Source of the DNA: Glaucostegus cemiculus
Lineage: Eukaryota
Direction: 5' to 3'
Assembly: GCA_976551045.1 (NCBI GenBank)
Contig: CDPCPM010000103.1
Location: forward strand, 11,842,001-11,906,000
DNA: 64,000 nucleotides
Position 1 is the first letter of the stretch; each line of letters opens with the position of its first letter. The notes beneath the pieces are model-generated. The model was given only the letters and a program-made list of their open reading frames with translations, was not told the DNA's origin and did not search any database. The position numbers and the translations under genes were made by a program. Of this stretch, positions 49,481-63,125 are shown piece by piece.

Positions 49481-52009
49481 GTTCACCTATTCAGACTGCT
49501 AGAAAAATCTACATTCACATTTCTGTATGCAATGCACCAAACTACCATGAGAGTGGAATGATTTGAATTACATCTTGTATTACATTTCAAGACTTTCTCC
49601 TATAGTTAAGAATACTCGTGCAGTAATTATGTGACTGATAGGCTTTAATTTCAACCTGTTAAAAAATCTATTTGTCATTTCTTGATCAACTTATTCTAGT
49701 TTGTACATGCATGTTTTATATATATAAGTAAATGAAATATCTCACAATCAGTTTGATTTTAATACTGAGAGCATGTTCACTGTCTGACACACTTTTAGAA
49801 CTCTCTGTACCTCCCATATATTACTTTGCTCACACTGCATGTTACTTCCCTGCAACCTTAGAGCCCAGACAGGGATATACATTACAATGTATGTATTGGA
49901 ATAGTTGCAGTACGAACATTAGGACTCAGGAAGCCACATTCTGCATTGACTATTATACTAGTTATTAGGGCAGGAAATGTATTCCTCTTGGGGGGGGGGG
50001 GGGGGGGGAAGAGAAAGATAGACTCATTAATCTCCTAATATTTTGCTGCATTTATCACTGTAAGATATTATGTTTAATTATTTCATACATCCAGTTTTAA
50101 ATATAATTCAAGTTAGTTTATGTGCAGGCTCTTATCAAAATAGTATGATGACAAGTGCAGCTAAAGATATAACCACAATACTTAGTCAACTTAACTATGT
50201 ATAAAAAACTTATTATAAACATTTTCTGTTAAATGTTTTGTTATCACAGCTTTTTGTCATCCTTCATGTCAGACTTAAAACTGTCAAGGAAGGATTGCAA
50301 ACCAAGAACATGGGTGTAGGTTTTGACCTGAGAATGGGGAGGATATAGTGAGCACTTTTAGATTCTGATTTAAATAAGTCTTATTTGGAATGTTATCAGA
50401 CAATTGGAGAAATGAATGGTTGTCGAAAATGCCTCACATCTGCTCCTCCAGCAAGGATACCACAGTTTTCAAACTGAACTGACTCACCTGCCCTCTGTCA
50501 TTAGCTGCTGGGTGCACTTGTTTTCTTGTCTACTATAAGAAAACTACTTATTTTTGTGGCCTCAGTCCTAGCCCTTTACATATGTTACCAGCTGAGGAGA
50601 CTAAGAAGCATTATCTTGCTTGGAAAAAGAAACAAACCTAACTAACTCTGTATTAGTGTAAGTGTATACTTTTGTTCTACTTAATTTGAGTTTTCAAGTG
50701 TAACTTGCTTTACATTGATGTAATTTTAAAGAACTGGAAACGGAACAAGACAAATTTCCAAGCACCTTTCAGAGTTGAAGAGCATGGAGCTGTCTAGAGC
50801 TGACCGTTACTCTCCTGTTGAATCTGGTGTGAGTGGAGAACAAAATGTGCAATTCTACTTTGTCCTCATTCTAATGCAAGCTGCAAACATCATTTCTTAC
50901 TTTGATTCAACCTGGCGCATTTTAGCCTAAAATGAAACTTTTTATATAAAACTTTATCTATCCTTTCTCTCTGCAGCCTTATGCAGTGCTAATTGCTGTT
51001 TTGGCAGACAAAAAGTTAATGGATGGTTGCTTGATATGCTCCTGGTTTTATCAGATGGAGCCAGTCTGATCACAAGATCACACAATAATTGGAAATGAAG
51101 AAGATTGCTTAGCTTATTTTAAATCATTTATCCAGAGAGATCTTGCTGTCCCTCTGATTCTTTGCTTCCAATTCCAATGTTTTGGGAGCTTTTTCAGCGA
51201 ATGATTCCTCTTTGATATTGGTGTTAAAATGACATGGCAGATTTGAACTTTTGCCTTGGTTCTCCACTAATAGTTTAATTAGAGTAATATTTTAGATTAA
51301 CTGTCTATACTATTAATATTTTTGGACATCTCAACAAGATCACCTCTTAGATGTTCCTTGGGTCATGAAATGCAAAGCCATTTAGTCTCTTCTAACTCAA
51401 GCCCGATACTGGAGATTAGTTCATGGCAATTTTATATACCATTCCAGCATATCAATATCTCTTCTTTCTCTGTGACTTGGACTGAATGTAGAATATAACT
51501 TGCATTCAGACAAGAGCTCTGCCAAATTTTGATGATAAATTATATTCCATGCTTTGCTGATTACAGTTCAGTAATCAATTTTTCAGTTTTGAAAAGGGGT
51601 ACATTTTCCAGCTCTTCCAGAACTCATGGAACATTATAGAAATGGTTGTATATAAATTGCATAAGCTCCCTGAATTCATTGAATTTGTGTAAGCTCACTT
51701 ATCCAATTTTACAAGATGAAACAAATCAAATTAGTGTTCCAGAGCCTAGCATTTAAATCATTATGAGGCTCTATTCTTCTTCCAAAGTTGATCAACTAAC
51801 TAGGTCATATCTTTAGTTGCATAGGATTAATGGAGCCTGTATGCCTTATTGTTGTGATGAGTACCACTCGCATACAATACTGATCCAATTTCAGGCAGTA
51901 CAGTTAGACTTTCTTAAGTCACCAATGACATTAATTCTTGGTATGTGGCCAGTCTGCAGCTAACTACAGATATTGTAAAGGCTTTTATTAAAGTAGTGGC
52001 ACTTATGTA

Positions 52010-52335
52010 GGGAGTACAGTAACAAAGTAGTTGAGTTATTGTATAATATCTGGAGGTCTGGACTTTGGATGCAGAGGAGTGAATTAGAATCCAATTATAA
52101 GCTGGGAAATTTAAAATAAACAGTCAGTACTAGTAAGGATGGGAATGAAACTTCTGGATTGATATAAAAACCCAAAGTGAGGGAAATTGGCTTTCCTTGT
52201 CCAGTGTGGCCTTTTTTGTTACTGTAAACTTGTAACTGCCTTGGAAAATGACCCAATAAGTCATTTGATTTAAGGGGTTATTAAACTGGGGGGAATAAAT
52301 ACCTGTCCATCCATATCCTGTGAATGAGTAAAAGA
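52010..52335 (+). mobile_element. Decayed tRNA-type SINE (family unassigned)
   Basis: 'gggaaattggctttccttgtccagtgtggcct' core and a tail related to that of the LINE at 25140-25705. Confidence 0.45.
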
Positions 52336-52979
52336 AACAGTGCTACCTGTGCAGAGGGAGACAGAATGGAAAGACCTCTGTCTCCTTCCCTCTTTCATTG
52401 AAGCCACAATGAGGACATAGTAACTCGGATTTTTTTATGGTTATTAAACAATTACAGATTTCACTCAAATATGAAAATTATATTGAGTTCACAAATTTGT
52501 TCTTTGAATAATATAGTGAACAGACTAAATTCTTCTACAATTAGCATAATTATAGTCCCTCCAACTACTATATAGGTACAGAATAAGTATAAGAAGAAGT
52601 ATAGTTAAGAACGAAACTAATATATTTCAGCTTGCATCTCTTCTACATTCACTGACCAATTGTGAGTAGTAGTTTGAGTGTATTCATGCTGTGTGACAGT
52701 AGAGTCACCAGGATGGAGTTTGCTAAATAAAGTACAGGTTTAGTGCCCTTGGCTCAACCCTGTAATATTGTTACACAATAATATTTAGTTGCCTGCCTAC
52801 TCATAAGGTGGGAATTTTTCTTGCCCAATGTTGATTTTCCGGTTGAACATCAATCATTCATCTTGAGCAGTCGCCTTAACTTGTACAAAAGCATTGGTAA
52901 CAGCAGCTATGTAGACCGAGAATTCTGTGTCACTAACTTAGCCATTTTTTAATCAAGTATTATTTTTAAAAAAGAAGCA

Positions 52980-53370
52980 CAAGGAATTTGCAATCTTGCT
53001 CTTTCTGGTCATTAGGATATCCCATAGTACTTTACATTGCAACATAACTGTTGTGTTTTATTGTAATAGAGCAACTAATTTGTATATGATTGTGTCCAAG
53101 AAATAACAATGAGATACATGGCCAGAAACTGATTTACTCAGGACATCAAAAAAAAACTCCCCTGTCTCTTCCTCAGTGGTGCCATGGGATATGTACATCC
53201 ACTTGAGAAGGAAGAAGGAACCTTGGTTCATCTGAAAGTCAGAACTTCAAATGGTTTAGCAATCCCTCACGACTGCACTGTAGTGTCATCCTACATTAAC
53301 TCCTTGGTGTCGGATTGAAAGTCACAACTGATGGTTCACAGATGACCATCATGCACTGAGATAAGACTAA
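52980..53370 (-). mobile_element. DeuSINE/SacSINE1-like element
   Basis: 'ctcccctgtctcttc..gtgccatgggat..catccacttgag..catctgaaag..ctgcactg' Deu-like core. Confidence 0.65.
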
Positions 53371-54439
53371 AACAATAAATCAAAAGCATGAGCCTCTTTT
53401 GTTTGATACCAGATTTGACATCAAGTGAGTTCTTGAACTGCTGAAATTTAGATGTTAGTATGTTATTTGTGCTGTTTGTGAGTGTTCAATTGGCAATGGC
53501 TGTATCGTACTCAAGGGCACACATTGTGAAATGTTGAGATATCTATGCTTCAAACAATGAAACAAATGTTTCTTTGCCTAGTAAGCTGACACTCAAGCCT
53601 CAAATTCAATTTTCCGATCAGTCCATTTCAATTTAGGATTTGAATAGAATGCAAGTGGAGAATCCTATTCCAATGTAATACAATGGTTTCAGTAGAGAAG
53701 GGGACAAAGGTGACTACAGGGAGGTTAATGTAATTAACGCATGGTTTAAGCCCCTTGTATTGTAATTGCAAAAGAATAAAACCCATTGACTACTCGGGGG
53801 GTGGGGAGCTACACATTGCAATATAGTGCAAATTTACCTCAGAATTATAAACATTGCAGCCAACTAAATGGAAAATGTTACAAAGTAAATGAGCTGCAGC
53901 TACCTGGCCCAGCAGATCCATATTGCTGGTTAAGATTCACACCAACTGCTACCCAGTCTTCTTCCTTTAACCCTATTCCTTCTGCTCCATTCCCACTCAT
54001 GTATTTTTGCAACTTCTCCTTGAATGTGTCTTCACCTGTTATGTGCAGTTACGAATTTGCTATTGGATTTTTATCCTATGTTTTCAATTGGCTTTAATGG
54101 AAACTGTTTTTATATTTATGACTGCTCATTTTGATCTTTCCTAAAAATGGAAACACCTTTTCTACATTTATCCTGTAACATCCCTCAGTGAATATTTTTA
54201 GAGAAAAGTACAGCAGCTCATTCACCCTCTCCTGTAGGTATAACTTTGCAGTTTTGGCATTATTCACGCACCTTCTCCAGTGCTTCCACATTCAAATCCA
54301 TCATCTAACTAAGTTTTTACTGAAAGTTTAACTAAACTTCTTGGCTTTCAATTCTATCCATCTGGAAATTAACCCCAGTACAATTTTTATTCTTTAACTA
54401 CAGGGTTCTACCTACAGCTCTATTGAGCCACTTATTTTG

Positions 54440-56700
54440 CAAGGATTATGTTGCCTCCTCATGCTTATGAAAAATTCAGGTGCTAATTGAATAAACCAGA
54501 ATAGGTTTAGAAATTGCAATGCAAGATTCATCCTTAACTGTTGATTCCAATCACAGGCAGCATATCAACTTCATTGTGTCTGCTCATTATAGTGATTTTT
54601 GCTTGCAACCTGAACTAACCTCACTGTCCATTGGCCAAATGCATCAGCAGGGGACCAACATAATGAGCAGTTACCTTGAGCTGAAGTTCATCTCATTAAG
54701 GAACATTGTAGCCAGAGCAGGCACTGGCTGTTATGCAGAAAGTGACTCTGTCCTGAAAAATAATGAAGAATGGCAACCACAGGATAGCTCCTGATTTTAG
54801 AATGATGTATTGGAAGCCTTAAAGATGGAGTTGGACATTAGGCAATCTCTCCTATATTTGTTGGAGCTAGGAGACCTTTCAAGCACATACTAAAAGGCAG
54901 TCATCCAATGAGTGTGGTCCGGGCAGCATGCAAGGAAAGCAGTGATGGTTTAGATGCCTGATTGTGCATTTGTAGCCACCAGATCAGATACTGTCCCACA
55001 ACTAATCTAGAAGATAGCATGGAGGCTGGATCTATAGATGGTTGCACCCCAGGTACATGCTCTGCAGCCATGGCATAAGATGGGAATAGTTTGGATGCCA
55101 GCACTTTGGAGAGTGAGGGTACTTACACATTCTTCCTCAAATATGGATTTTGATGGGACAGGCTTCTGAATAAAGCTGCTGGTTATGCACAGTAAAATGC
55201 TTGATGCTTTGGGAAGTCTGCCACAAAGCCTAAGCTCAGTGCCAAAGAGCATGGAGAGATTTGTCATCAACACTGGACCTTATGGAGGGCTTGGAGTCTA
55301 TTCTTTCCAGCACAGAAGTGGTAGTCCACTCCAAATGCACATTTGTAGGCCTGACCATGTCCAGTGGCTGCTTCTGCAGCTTTGGTTGCAACACAGGCTT
55401 TAGCCATCATATGTCAGAGTGCTGCCATGAAATCTCTGCTGTCAATCATGCTGCAGCCATTGGGTACCAAGAGAAGGTACACCAGACGGGTACTGAGTAA
55501 TTGTGCATATTTAGTTTTTGACTTTTTGTATGCAAAATGCCAGAATTTCTTCATAAATTTAGTATGAATTGTTTTTGTTTGAGTTGGCTTTCATTTTTGC
55601 TGTGATGGACTTTTGACAGATCTGCAAATGGTAAAGTATAGGGAAGTGGAGTTGCAGTAATTAGTATCAGGTAAGGATTATGGATGGTCCAGGTGCAAAT
55701 GAGCTGTCTTGGCTTCTTCCTGCTGCTGCTCTTGAATTGATGGGCATACAGCTGGTAGTAAGGGGTGTGCCTTCATAATGGTGAAGTTGCGCAATATAAC
55801 ACAGAACCTTGCCACTCATTCTGCCATGTACTGTAGTTCACTCCACAGTAGCCCAGGCTGCAAAAGCACAGTTTCAACACACCAATATTAATTTTTGGGT
55901 GGCAGCTTTCATTGTATGCATTGTTCTGCACTAGTGTGGAGAATTATGCTCCAACTTTTTGACGAGCTTTGCTTTGCCTTCGGTGGTTGAAATGCAGATA
56001 GGCAGTGGATATTTTCCAAATAAAGCCATCTTGATTGCTGTTGGGACTCCAGGATACTAGGATGCACACTTGCTGTCTGTGGTCACGTGTTAGTTGGATG
56101 TTGGATGAATGAGACCACTTTTGTTTCTGGTGTAAGGAAGAGTTAACACATGGCACCACTAAGCAATGTGTATGCAGTCAGTGGGGTCTCGGCATGATGA
56201 GAAATCTTGCAATTATAGCAAAACCATATGCTTGCTCCACTTACTGGCCTCTGGCTATTGAAATGCAGTTACATTACTTTAAATAGGGAACAGGTGATGA
56301 CAAACTAAGATGCTCCAAATATCTGTCTTTATATTGAAGGGAATCAGACACCTGAAAGTTTATTGTGATGGGTACCTTGATAGCCTTTGACATTGGGATC
56401 CTAGCCCTCTACTGTACTGAGGGTTATTCTGACTACAGGTGGTATATTTCAACTAGAGTATACTTATTAAAGTGCAGATGTTGTTAAGATTCAGATAGAA
56501 GAATTGCTCCTTGAAGACCCTGGCTGGAAACTCCTTAACTTTCTTCACCTTCTCCCTGTTCTAGTAACCTGACCTGCTCTAGTTCCCTCCTGCAAATTTC
56601 CCAGTTGTCCTGTATGCTGAGGGACATACACCTCAGGCACCCATGCAAAAAGCAACTGGTTTGTGCTGATTTCTTGAAGTTAAGCCAAAGATCCAACAGC
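54440..56700. mobile_element. Second decayed PIF/Harbinger transposon (accessory ORF remnant on +, transposase remnant on -)
   Basis: The minus strand gives IGVLKLCFCSLG (about 55850-55890) and KAIKVPITINFQVS (about 56340-56390). The plus strand gives MHSKMLDALGSLPQSL. Confidence 0.55.
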
Positions 56701-57984
56701 ACCTGCCACATCATTACCTGTAAACCTTTGCAGCTTGAATTGCAAAAGAGGGAACTAATTGTAAAACCAAAACGAAACAGAAGACATGAAACAGCAAAAA
56801 AAAAGGTAAGAAGTTTTTGACATCTTCAAGCAGAGCAGGTGGACTAATGGAGATGCAGAGGGCTTTTTCCTGCTGCTGTTCAGCTGAGCAAGTTTAACAA
56901 ATACCATTGATTAGAGCATTAAGCTCCACAGGGGCAGTATGGCATCATATCAGTGTTACATGTTGATTAACATCTTGATTTGTCACTCTGTAAGATACCT
57001 AGAATACATAAGCCATCTATGTTAAATACTGCATCCTCAGCAATGTGTACACAAATGCAGCTTGTGTACACATATGCCATGACCACCATTTTGGAGCTGT
57101 AAGATAACTTGTAACACTCAAAATATGCTTTAATGATCAATATTAATTGCTTATTATATTACAATGGCAAAAAAGTAGCACCTCGCTTGGTAGTCATCTC
57201 TAACTGGGGTAAGATGAGCAATGAAATAAGGGGCACCTCTTCCACACAAACCACTGAATTCTTTCTCCATGAAGAGTTCCACAGGCTAGCTTGTGTTTTG
57301 GCTTGTAATTAATTACTATGGTTACTGAAAGTTAAATATAGATGAGAAAAGAAAATTGTAATAACTTTTAAATTTCTCTACCATAGCTACAAGCTTTAAG
57401 TTCATACACTCCTAATAACTAGCATTTAATGCCCTTGCACTCTGAAGTCAATGGTTCCAAACGCTTAATTCATTTACATCGTTCCATGATGAAAAATCAG
57501 TTTGGGTGTCTTTCACTCACAGCTACCATTAACAGCTTTAATGGCTTGTTCATTGCAGTAGTCACTAAAGTCACATTACTTGATACAGCTTACAAAAGGA
57601 AATGGATATTTCACCAAACATATTTTTAAATTGGGGAGCTCCATAAAAGAAAATGCTTGATGAATAAGTACTTCCCATCTGTTCAAATATTTCCAGCTAT
57701 TTGCTTAGCTTACTTGAAAATCTGGAACTTAGTCAGAAGCAAAAAGTTTTTGATCATATTTTGAGCCAAAAAACGTGCTGGTGACCCATGAGCAGCCAAA
57801 AATATGGATGTTTAGCTCACGAATTTCAACTGCCTTCAAACTGTGTGAAACTGCAGTATTATGGGAGTTTGTGGACTGACTGAAACAATGCTTCTACATC
57901 GGACTTCTCCAGTGATTTATCAAATTTAGCTCCCAGATTCTGGTTTAGAGAATATCACGAGATTGGATCTAAATTATGGGACTT

Positions 57985-60900
57985 CATGGAGTTGTTCAGC
58001 ATAGAAATGGGCCCTTTGGCCCATCATAACCATGACAATCTTTTAGCCTATCTGCAGTAATCCAATTTGCCATATTAGGACTGTGTCCTTCTATGCATTG
58101 CCTACTTAAGTGTCTGAATGCCTCATAAACATGGTAATTGTTTCTGATTTCACCACCTCTGCTGGCAGTGTGTTCTGTATCTCAACCATGCTCTGTGTAA
58201 AACAAAATCCTTACCCCTCAGATCCCCTTTAAACCTCCTTCTTCTCACGTTAAACCCATGCTGCCTTGTTTTTGATGCTCTTACCATGGGAAAATGTTTC
58301 TGACTATCTACCCTGTCTATTCCTATCGTAATCTTATATAGTTCTATCAGGTCACCCCTCAGCCCATGGAAAACAAACTCAGCCTTTCCAATCCCTCCCC
58401 ATTACTGAAGTCTTCCAATCCAAGCAACATCCTGCTGAATCTCCTCTGTACACTCTTTAGTGCAATCACATCCGTCCAAGTGTGCTGACTAGTACTGCAC
58501 ACAATACTCCAAATGCAGTCTAACCAGTATTTTGTAAAGTTGCAACATTATGTCACAGTTCTTATGTTCTATGCCCTAACCTATGATGGCAAGCAAGCAA
58601 TAAGCCTTCTTCACTACTCTGTTGACCTGTGTTGCCATTTTCAGGGAACTACAGACTTGGACCCCTAGGTCTTTCTGTCATTAAAATTCCTTGCTGCCTA
58701 CCACTTAACTTACAATACCTACACAAATTCAACTTCTCAAAATATATCACATTGCACTTAGCAGAATTAAATTCCATCTGCCAATGTTCCACTCAACTTT
58801 CCATTTGTTGGATATCCTGCTGTAGCCTTAGACAACCTTCCTCATGATCCACACCACCACCAATTTTATGTCATATGTAGACTTATTAACCAGTACCTTC
58901 TATGTTGATATCCATGTCATTAACATATATCCCAGCACCAATCTCTGCAATTGGTCACAGACTTCGAATCAGGAAAGCATCATATCACCAAGCCAATTTT
59001 GAATCCATTTAGCCAGCTCACCATGGATTCCATGTGCCTTAACATTCTGGACCAGTCTACCATGCAGGGCCTCGTCAAATGCCTTCCTAAAGACCAAATA
59101 GACAACACCTACCAACACACCCTGAATCTCCTTTGTTATTTCCTCAAGAAACTCAATGAAATTACTCAGACAGGTTTTCCCCTGCACAAGGCCACACTGA
59201 TTGTCCCTAACCAGTCCTTGCCTTTCCAAATGTACATAAATCCTGTCCCTTGGAATTTTCTCCAATAACTTCCCTACCCCTGATGTAAGGCTCGTCAGCC
59301 TGTAGTTACCTGGCTTATCCATGCTGTTGTTGTTAAATAAGGGAACAACATTAGCTATCCTCCAGTCTTCTGGTACCTCATCTGTGGCTAACAAAGATGC
59401 AAAAGTCTCTGTCAGTGCCCCAACAATTTTCTCCTTTGATTCTCATAGCATTCAGGGATAGATCTGATCTAGCCCTGGGAATTTATACACCATAATGTGT
59501 TCCAAAGCAACTAATAACTCCATCTTCTTAATATTAACATGTTCCAGACTATCAACTTATCCCTCCCAAGCAGGTGAGAAGTATTCACTTAGGACCTTGC
59601 CCACATCCCCTGGATCCACATGTACATTACTCCTTTGGTCCCTAACAGGATCTAATCTTTCCCAAACAACCCTCTTGCCCCTACTATACTTACAGGATTA
59701 AAGGATTCTCCATAAACTTACCTACCGAGGATACTTCATTGCCTCTTTTTACCCTCCTAATTTCTTTCTTAAGTATGCTCATGAATCTTCCATATTCCTC
59801 AAGCTTGATTGCAGTTGCCTATACCTGTCATATACTTCCTTCAATAACCTTTGTCATCCAAGGTTCTTGCATTGAAATCAAACTTGAATTGTTTTCTCTA
59901 GAGTGTCAGGGGGTGAGGGGTGACCTGATAGAAATATATAAATTATGAGAGGAAAAGATAGGGTAGATAGACAGTCTTTTTCCCTGGTTGGAAATGTCAA
60001 ATATTAGAAGGCATAGGTTTAAGATGAGAGAGGGAAAGTTTAAAGGAGATTCACAAGGCAAGGTTTTTTTTATGCAAATCGTGGTAGGGGTCTGGAATAC
60101 GCTGCCAGGGCAAATGATGGGAGCAGATACATTAGCAACATTTAAGAGGCAATTAGACTGGCAGGGGTTGGAGGGATATTGACCATGTGAAGGCAGATGG
60201 GATTAGTTTGAATTGGCGTCATGGTCTGCACAGACCTCGGGGGGCTGAAGGGTCTATTCCCGTGCTGAACTGTTCTATGTTCACTGTTCCTTTATCTTGC
60301 CATCTTTGCCTTTCATCCTTACCAGAACCTGTTGCCCTGAACTCTTGCTAATTCTCTTTTTAAACAAATCAACAAATCCCCACTTGTCAGATGTTGTTTT
60401 AACCACAAGCATCTGCTCCCAATCTACTCATGCTCAATGGCTATCAGCCTCCCCCCCCCCCCCGACCGCCCTCACCCAATATAGGACCTTAAGTTAGGTA
60501 CCAACCTTATCTCTTTCCTAAGTACTTTGGGAACATTGACCAAGATACTATAAGTTTCAAAGTGTTCCTCAGCCAACACCACCACCTGCCCATTTCATTT
60601 CCTCAGATAATGCAAAGTACAGCCCCTTCTCTGGTAGAACTATCTACACATTGTCTCCAAAATCTATCTTGGATATACTTAACAAATTCCACTTCATCTA
60701 AGCCCCTTGCACTTAGGCAATACCAGTCAATATTAGGACAATTAAAATCCCCCTAATGTTAAACACCGTTCCATAACCCTATTGCTTTTACACTTTTCTG
60801 CAACTTGCTTGCATATTTGTTCCTCTAATTCCCACTGACTGTTGGGAGGCCTATAGTATAACTCCAGAAAAGTGACTGCATTTCTCTTACTATTAAGTTC

Positions 60901-61150
60901 TAACCATATGGCCTCATTTGTTGATCCATCCAGGATATCCTGTCTACATACTGTCCTGATGCTATTGCTAATCAGCGGTGCAACTCCCTCTCCCTCTGTC
61001 ACATCTGAAAGTTTTAAACCCTGGAACATTAAGTTGCCAGTCAAACCTGTAATTCAACCACATATTCTTGATTGGAGTAATATGTAATTCTAGATACTGT
61101 TCAAGTTCTATGCTCATTTGACTCACCTGAGAGGCTCCTTGTATTAAATT
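57985..61150 (-). mobile_element. Long, deleted CR1/HER1-like LINE
   Basis: ORF 58969..59394(-): VPEDWRIANVVPLF..PGNYRLTSLTSGVGKLLE..KAFD. ORF 60742..61044(-) is EN-like: EAIWLEL..YYRPPNS. Confidence 0.9.
59871..60283 (+). mobile_element. CR1-like 3' end nested in opposite orientation
   Basis: KLELFSLE..RGDLIEIYKL and WNTLPG. Tail 'gggctgaagggtctattcccgtgctgaactgttctatgttc'. Confidence 0.85.
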
Positions 61151-61189
61151 CCTAAATCAAAAAGGATTTAGGACTGTGGTGGAAGTTGT

Positions 61190-62000
61190 ATGTCAACTAC
61201 CTTATCATAGTTGCAAAGTTGAGGCTGCTGTAAAGGAAAAAATTAAAGTAGTGTAGATTTTCATCTTCATATAGATTGGGATAAGCAAACAGGCATGTCA
61301 GAAAAGTGGTGAAATTCAGGATTGTTTTCTCCACAGTAGGTCCTAGAAACAACAGTGAGAAGTGAGCCAGATTTAGTTAACGGCCTATTAGTTTGCAAAA
61401 TTGATTAAAATATGATCAAGATATTTTTTGAAAGGGAGATACGCAAGACAACTGTTATGGAATACTAGAGATAAGTAAGCCTGATATCAGCTCCAAGAGA
61501 TGGTGACTGTCAACATTCAACAGGCCAAAAGTCTTAACTGGTAAACTGACACAAATTCAAAGAGATGTGTTCAGATTAGAATGTAACGAGATGCAGAACC
61601 AACTATTAGACTTGAGAGGCAAGGTTTTAGTTACAAAATAAGTTTGAAAGAAATGCAAATCCCAGCAAGTACTCTGATAACTGGGCAGATACAAAGATCA
61701 ATAAAAGACAAAACAGGCATGGAGAGCTGCAAAAAGAAACTACAAAAGGAAACCTGCAGTGGATTTTAAAAGCCACACATAAATATTTTATAATTGGATT
61801 AAGAAAAAAGAGAGAAGTCTGGAGTGATGTGGGCTTCTTGAAAGCCAATTACGATGAAGTTCTAAATCAAAATAAGATAATGATGGTCATGTTGAATAAT
61901 TATTTTGTGTTGCTCTTCACAGTGGAGGAAGAGAATAACACACCTGACATTCCAAGAAACCAATATTGCCACAAGTATGGGAGTAAACAAAATTAATGAA
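61190..62000 (+). mobile_element. Very decayed CR1-like internal fragment
   Basis: 'cttcatatagattggg' and 'ttgaataattattttgtgttgctcttcac', similar to the 38660 element. Confidence 0.5.
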
Positions 62001-62334
62001 GAAAAGAATGGCATTACCTGTATGTGGAATGCACACAGTGAAAGCCAGGTTGCTGCTGGAATGTGATCCAACTCTGGCATGCAGAAACAACATTTCTGCT
62101 TCCTGGATGGCTCCAGAGGAGCTCCATTGTAATAAGTAGAGCAGGTGTCAATGTTTATCCTGATGTGCTGTATACCATACAGCCTTCTCGACTTGAGGAC
62201 AATCCTTGTCCGAAAAGCAAGGTGAGCAACTCAGACGCAGTCGGAAGAGAAGGGGTAAAGGGGGAGGAAGACAAAGGAAGGAGCCAGTATAGACAGCTCT
62301 TTCTACCATGATCATCAAGATATATTGTAAGGAG

Positions 62335-63125
62335 TTAATCCAGACGAGTGTGAGGTGTTGCACTTTGGGAAGTCAATTGTAAAGGAAAAGTACATAGCTA
62401 ATGGCAGGACCCTTAACAGTGTTGATGTACAGAGTGATCATGGGGTCCAAGTCCATAGCTCCCTGAAAATGGCCACACAAGTTGATAGGGTGGTGAAGAA
62501 GTCATATGGCATGCTTGCCTTAATAGTTAAGACAATCAATTCAAGAGTCAGGATGTTGCAGCTTTATAAAACTCTGGTTAGGCTACATCTGGAGTACTGC
62601 ATTCATTTCTGATCACCCCATAATAAGAAGGATATAGAGGCTTTGGAGAAGCTGCAGAAGAGATATACCAGGGTACTGCTTGGATTAGATGGCAAGTGCT
62701 ATAAGGAGAGGTTGGACAAACTTGGAGTGGCTGAGGCTGAGAGGAGACCTGATAGGAGTTTATAAAGTTATGAGAGTAGTGAAATAGAGGAGACAGCCAG
62801 TATCTTTTTGCCAGGGTTGAAATGTCTAATACTAGAGGGCATGTATTTAAGGTGAGAAGGGGTAAGTTCAAAGGAGATATGCGGGGCAAGTTTTTTTACA
62901 CAGAAAGTGGTGGGTGCCTGGACTGTGTAGCCAGGGGTGGTGGTGGAGGCAGATACAACACAGGTGTTTGAGGCTGTTAGATGGGCACATGAATATTCAG
63001 AGAATGGAGGGATATGGACTATGTACCAGCAGAAAGGGAAGTTTGATGAGGTGTCATTAACTTAATTAGTTTGGCAAAACATTGTGTGTCAAAGGGCCTG
63101 TTCCTGTACTGTTCTTTGCTCTATC
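62335..63125 (+). mobile_element. CR1/HER1-like LINE 3' end
   Basis: ORF 62355..62612: LHFGKS..GVQVHSSLKMATQVDRVVKKSYGMLA..LYKTLVRLHLEYC. Confidence 0.9.
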
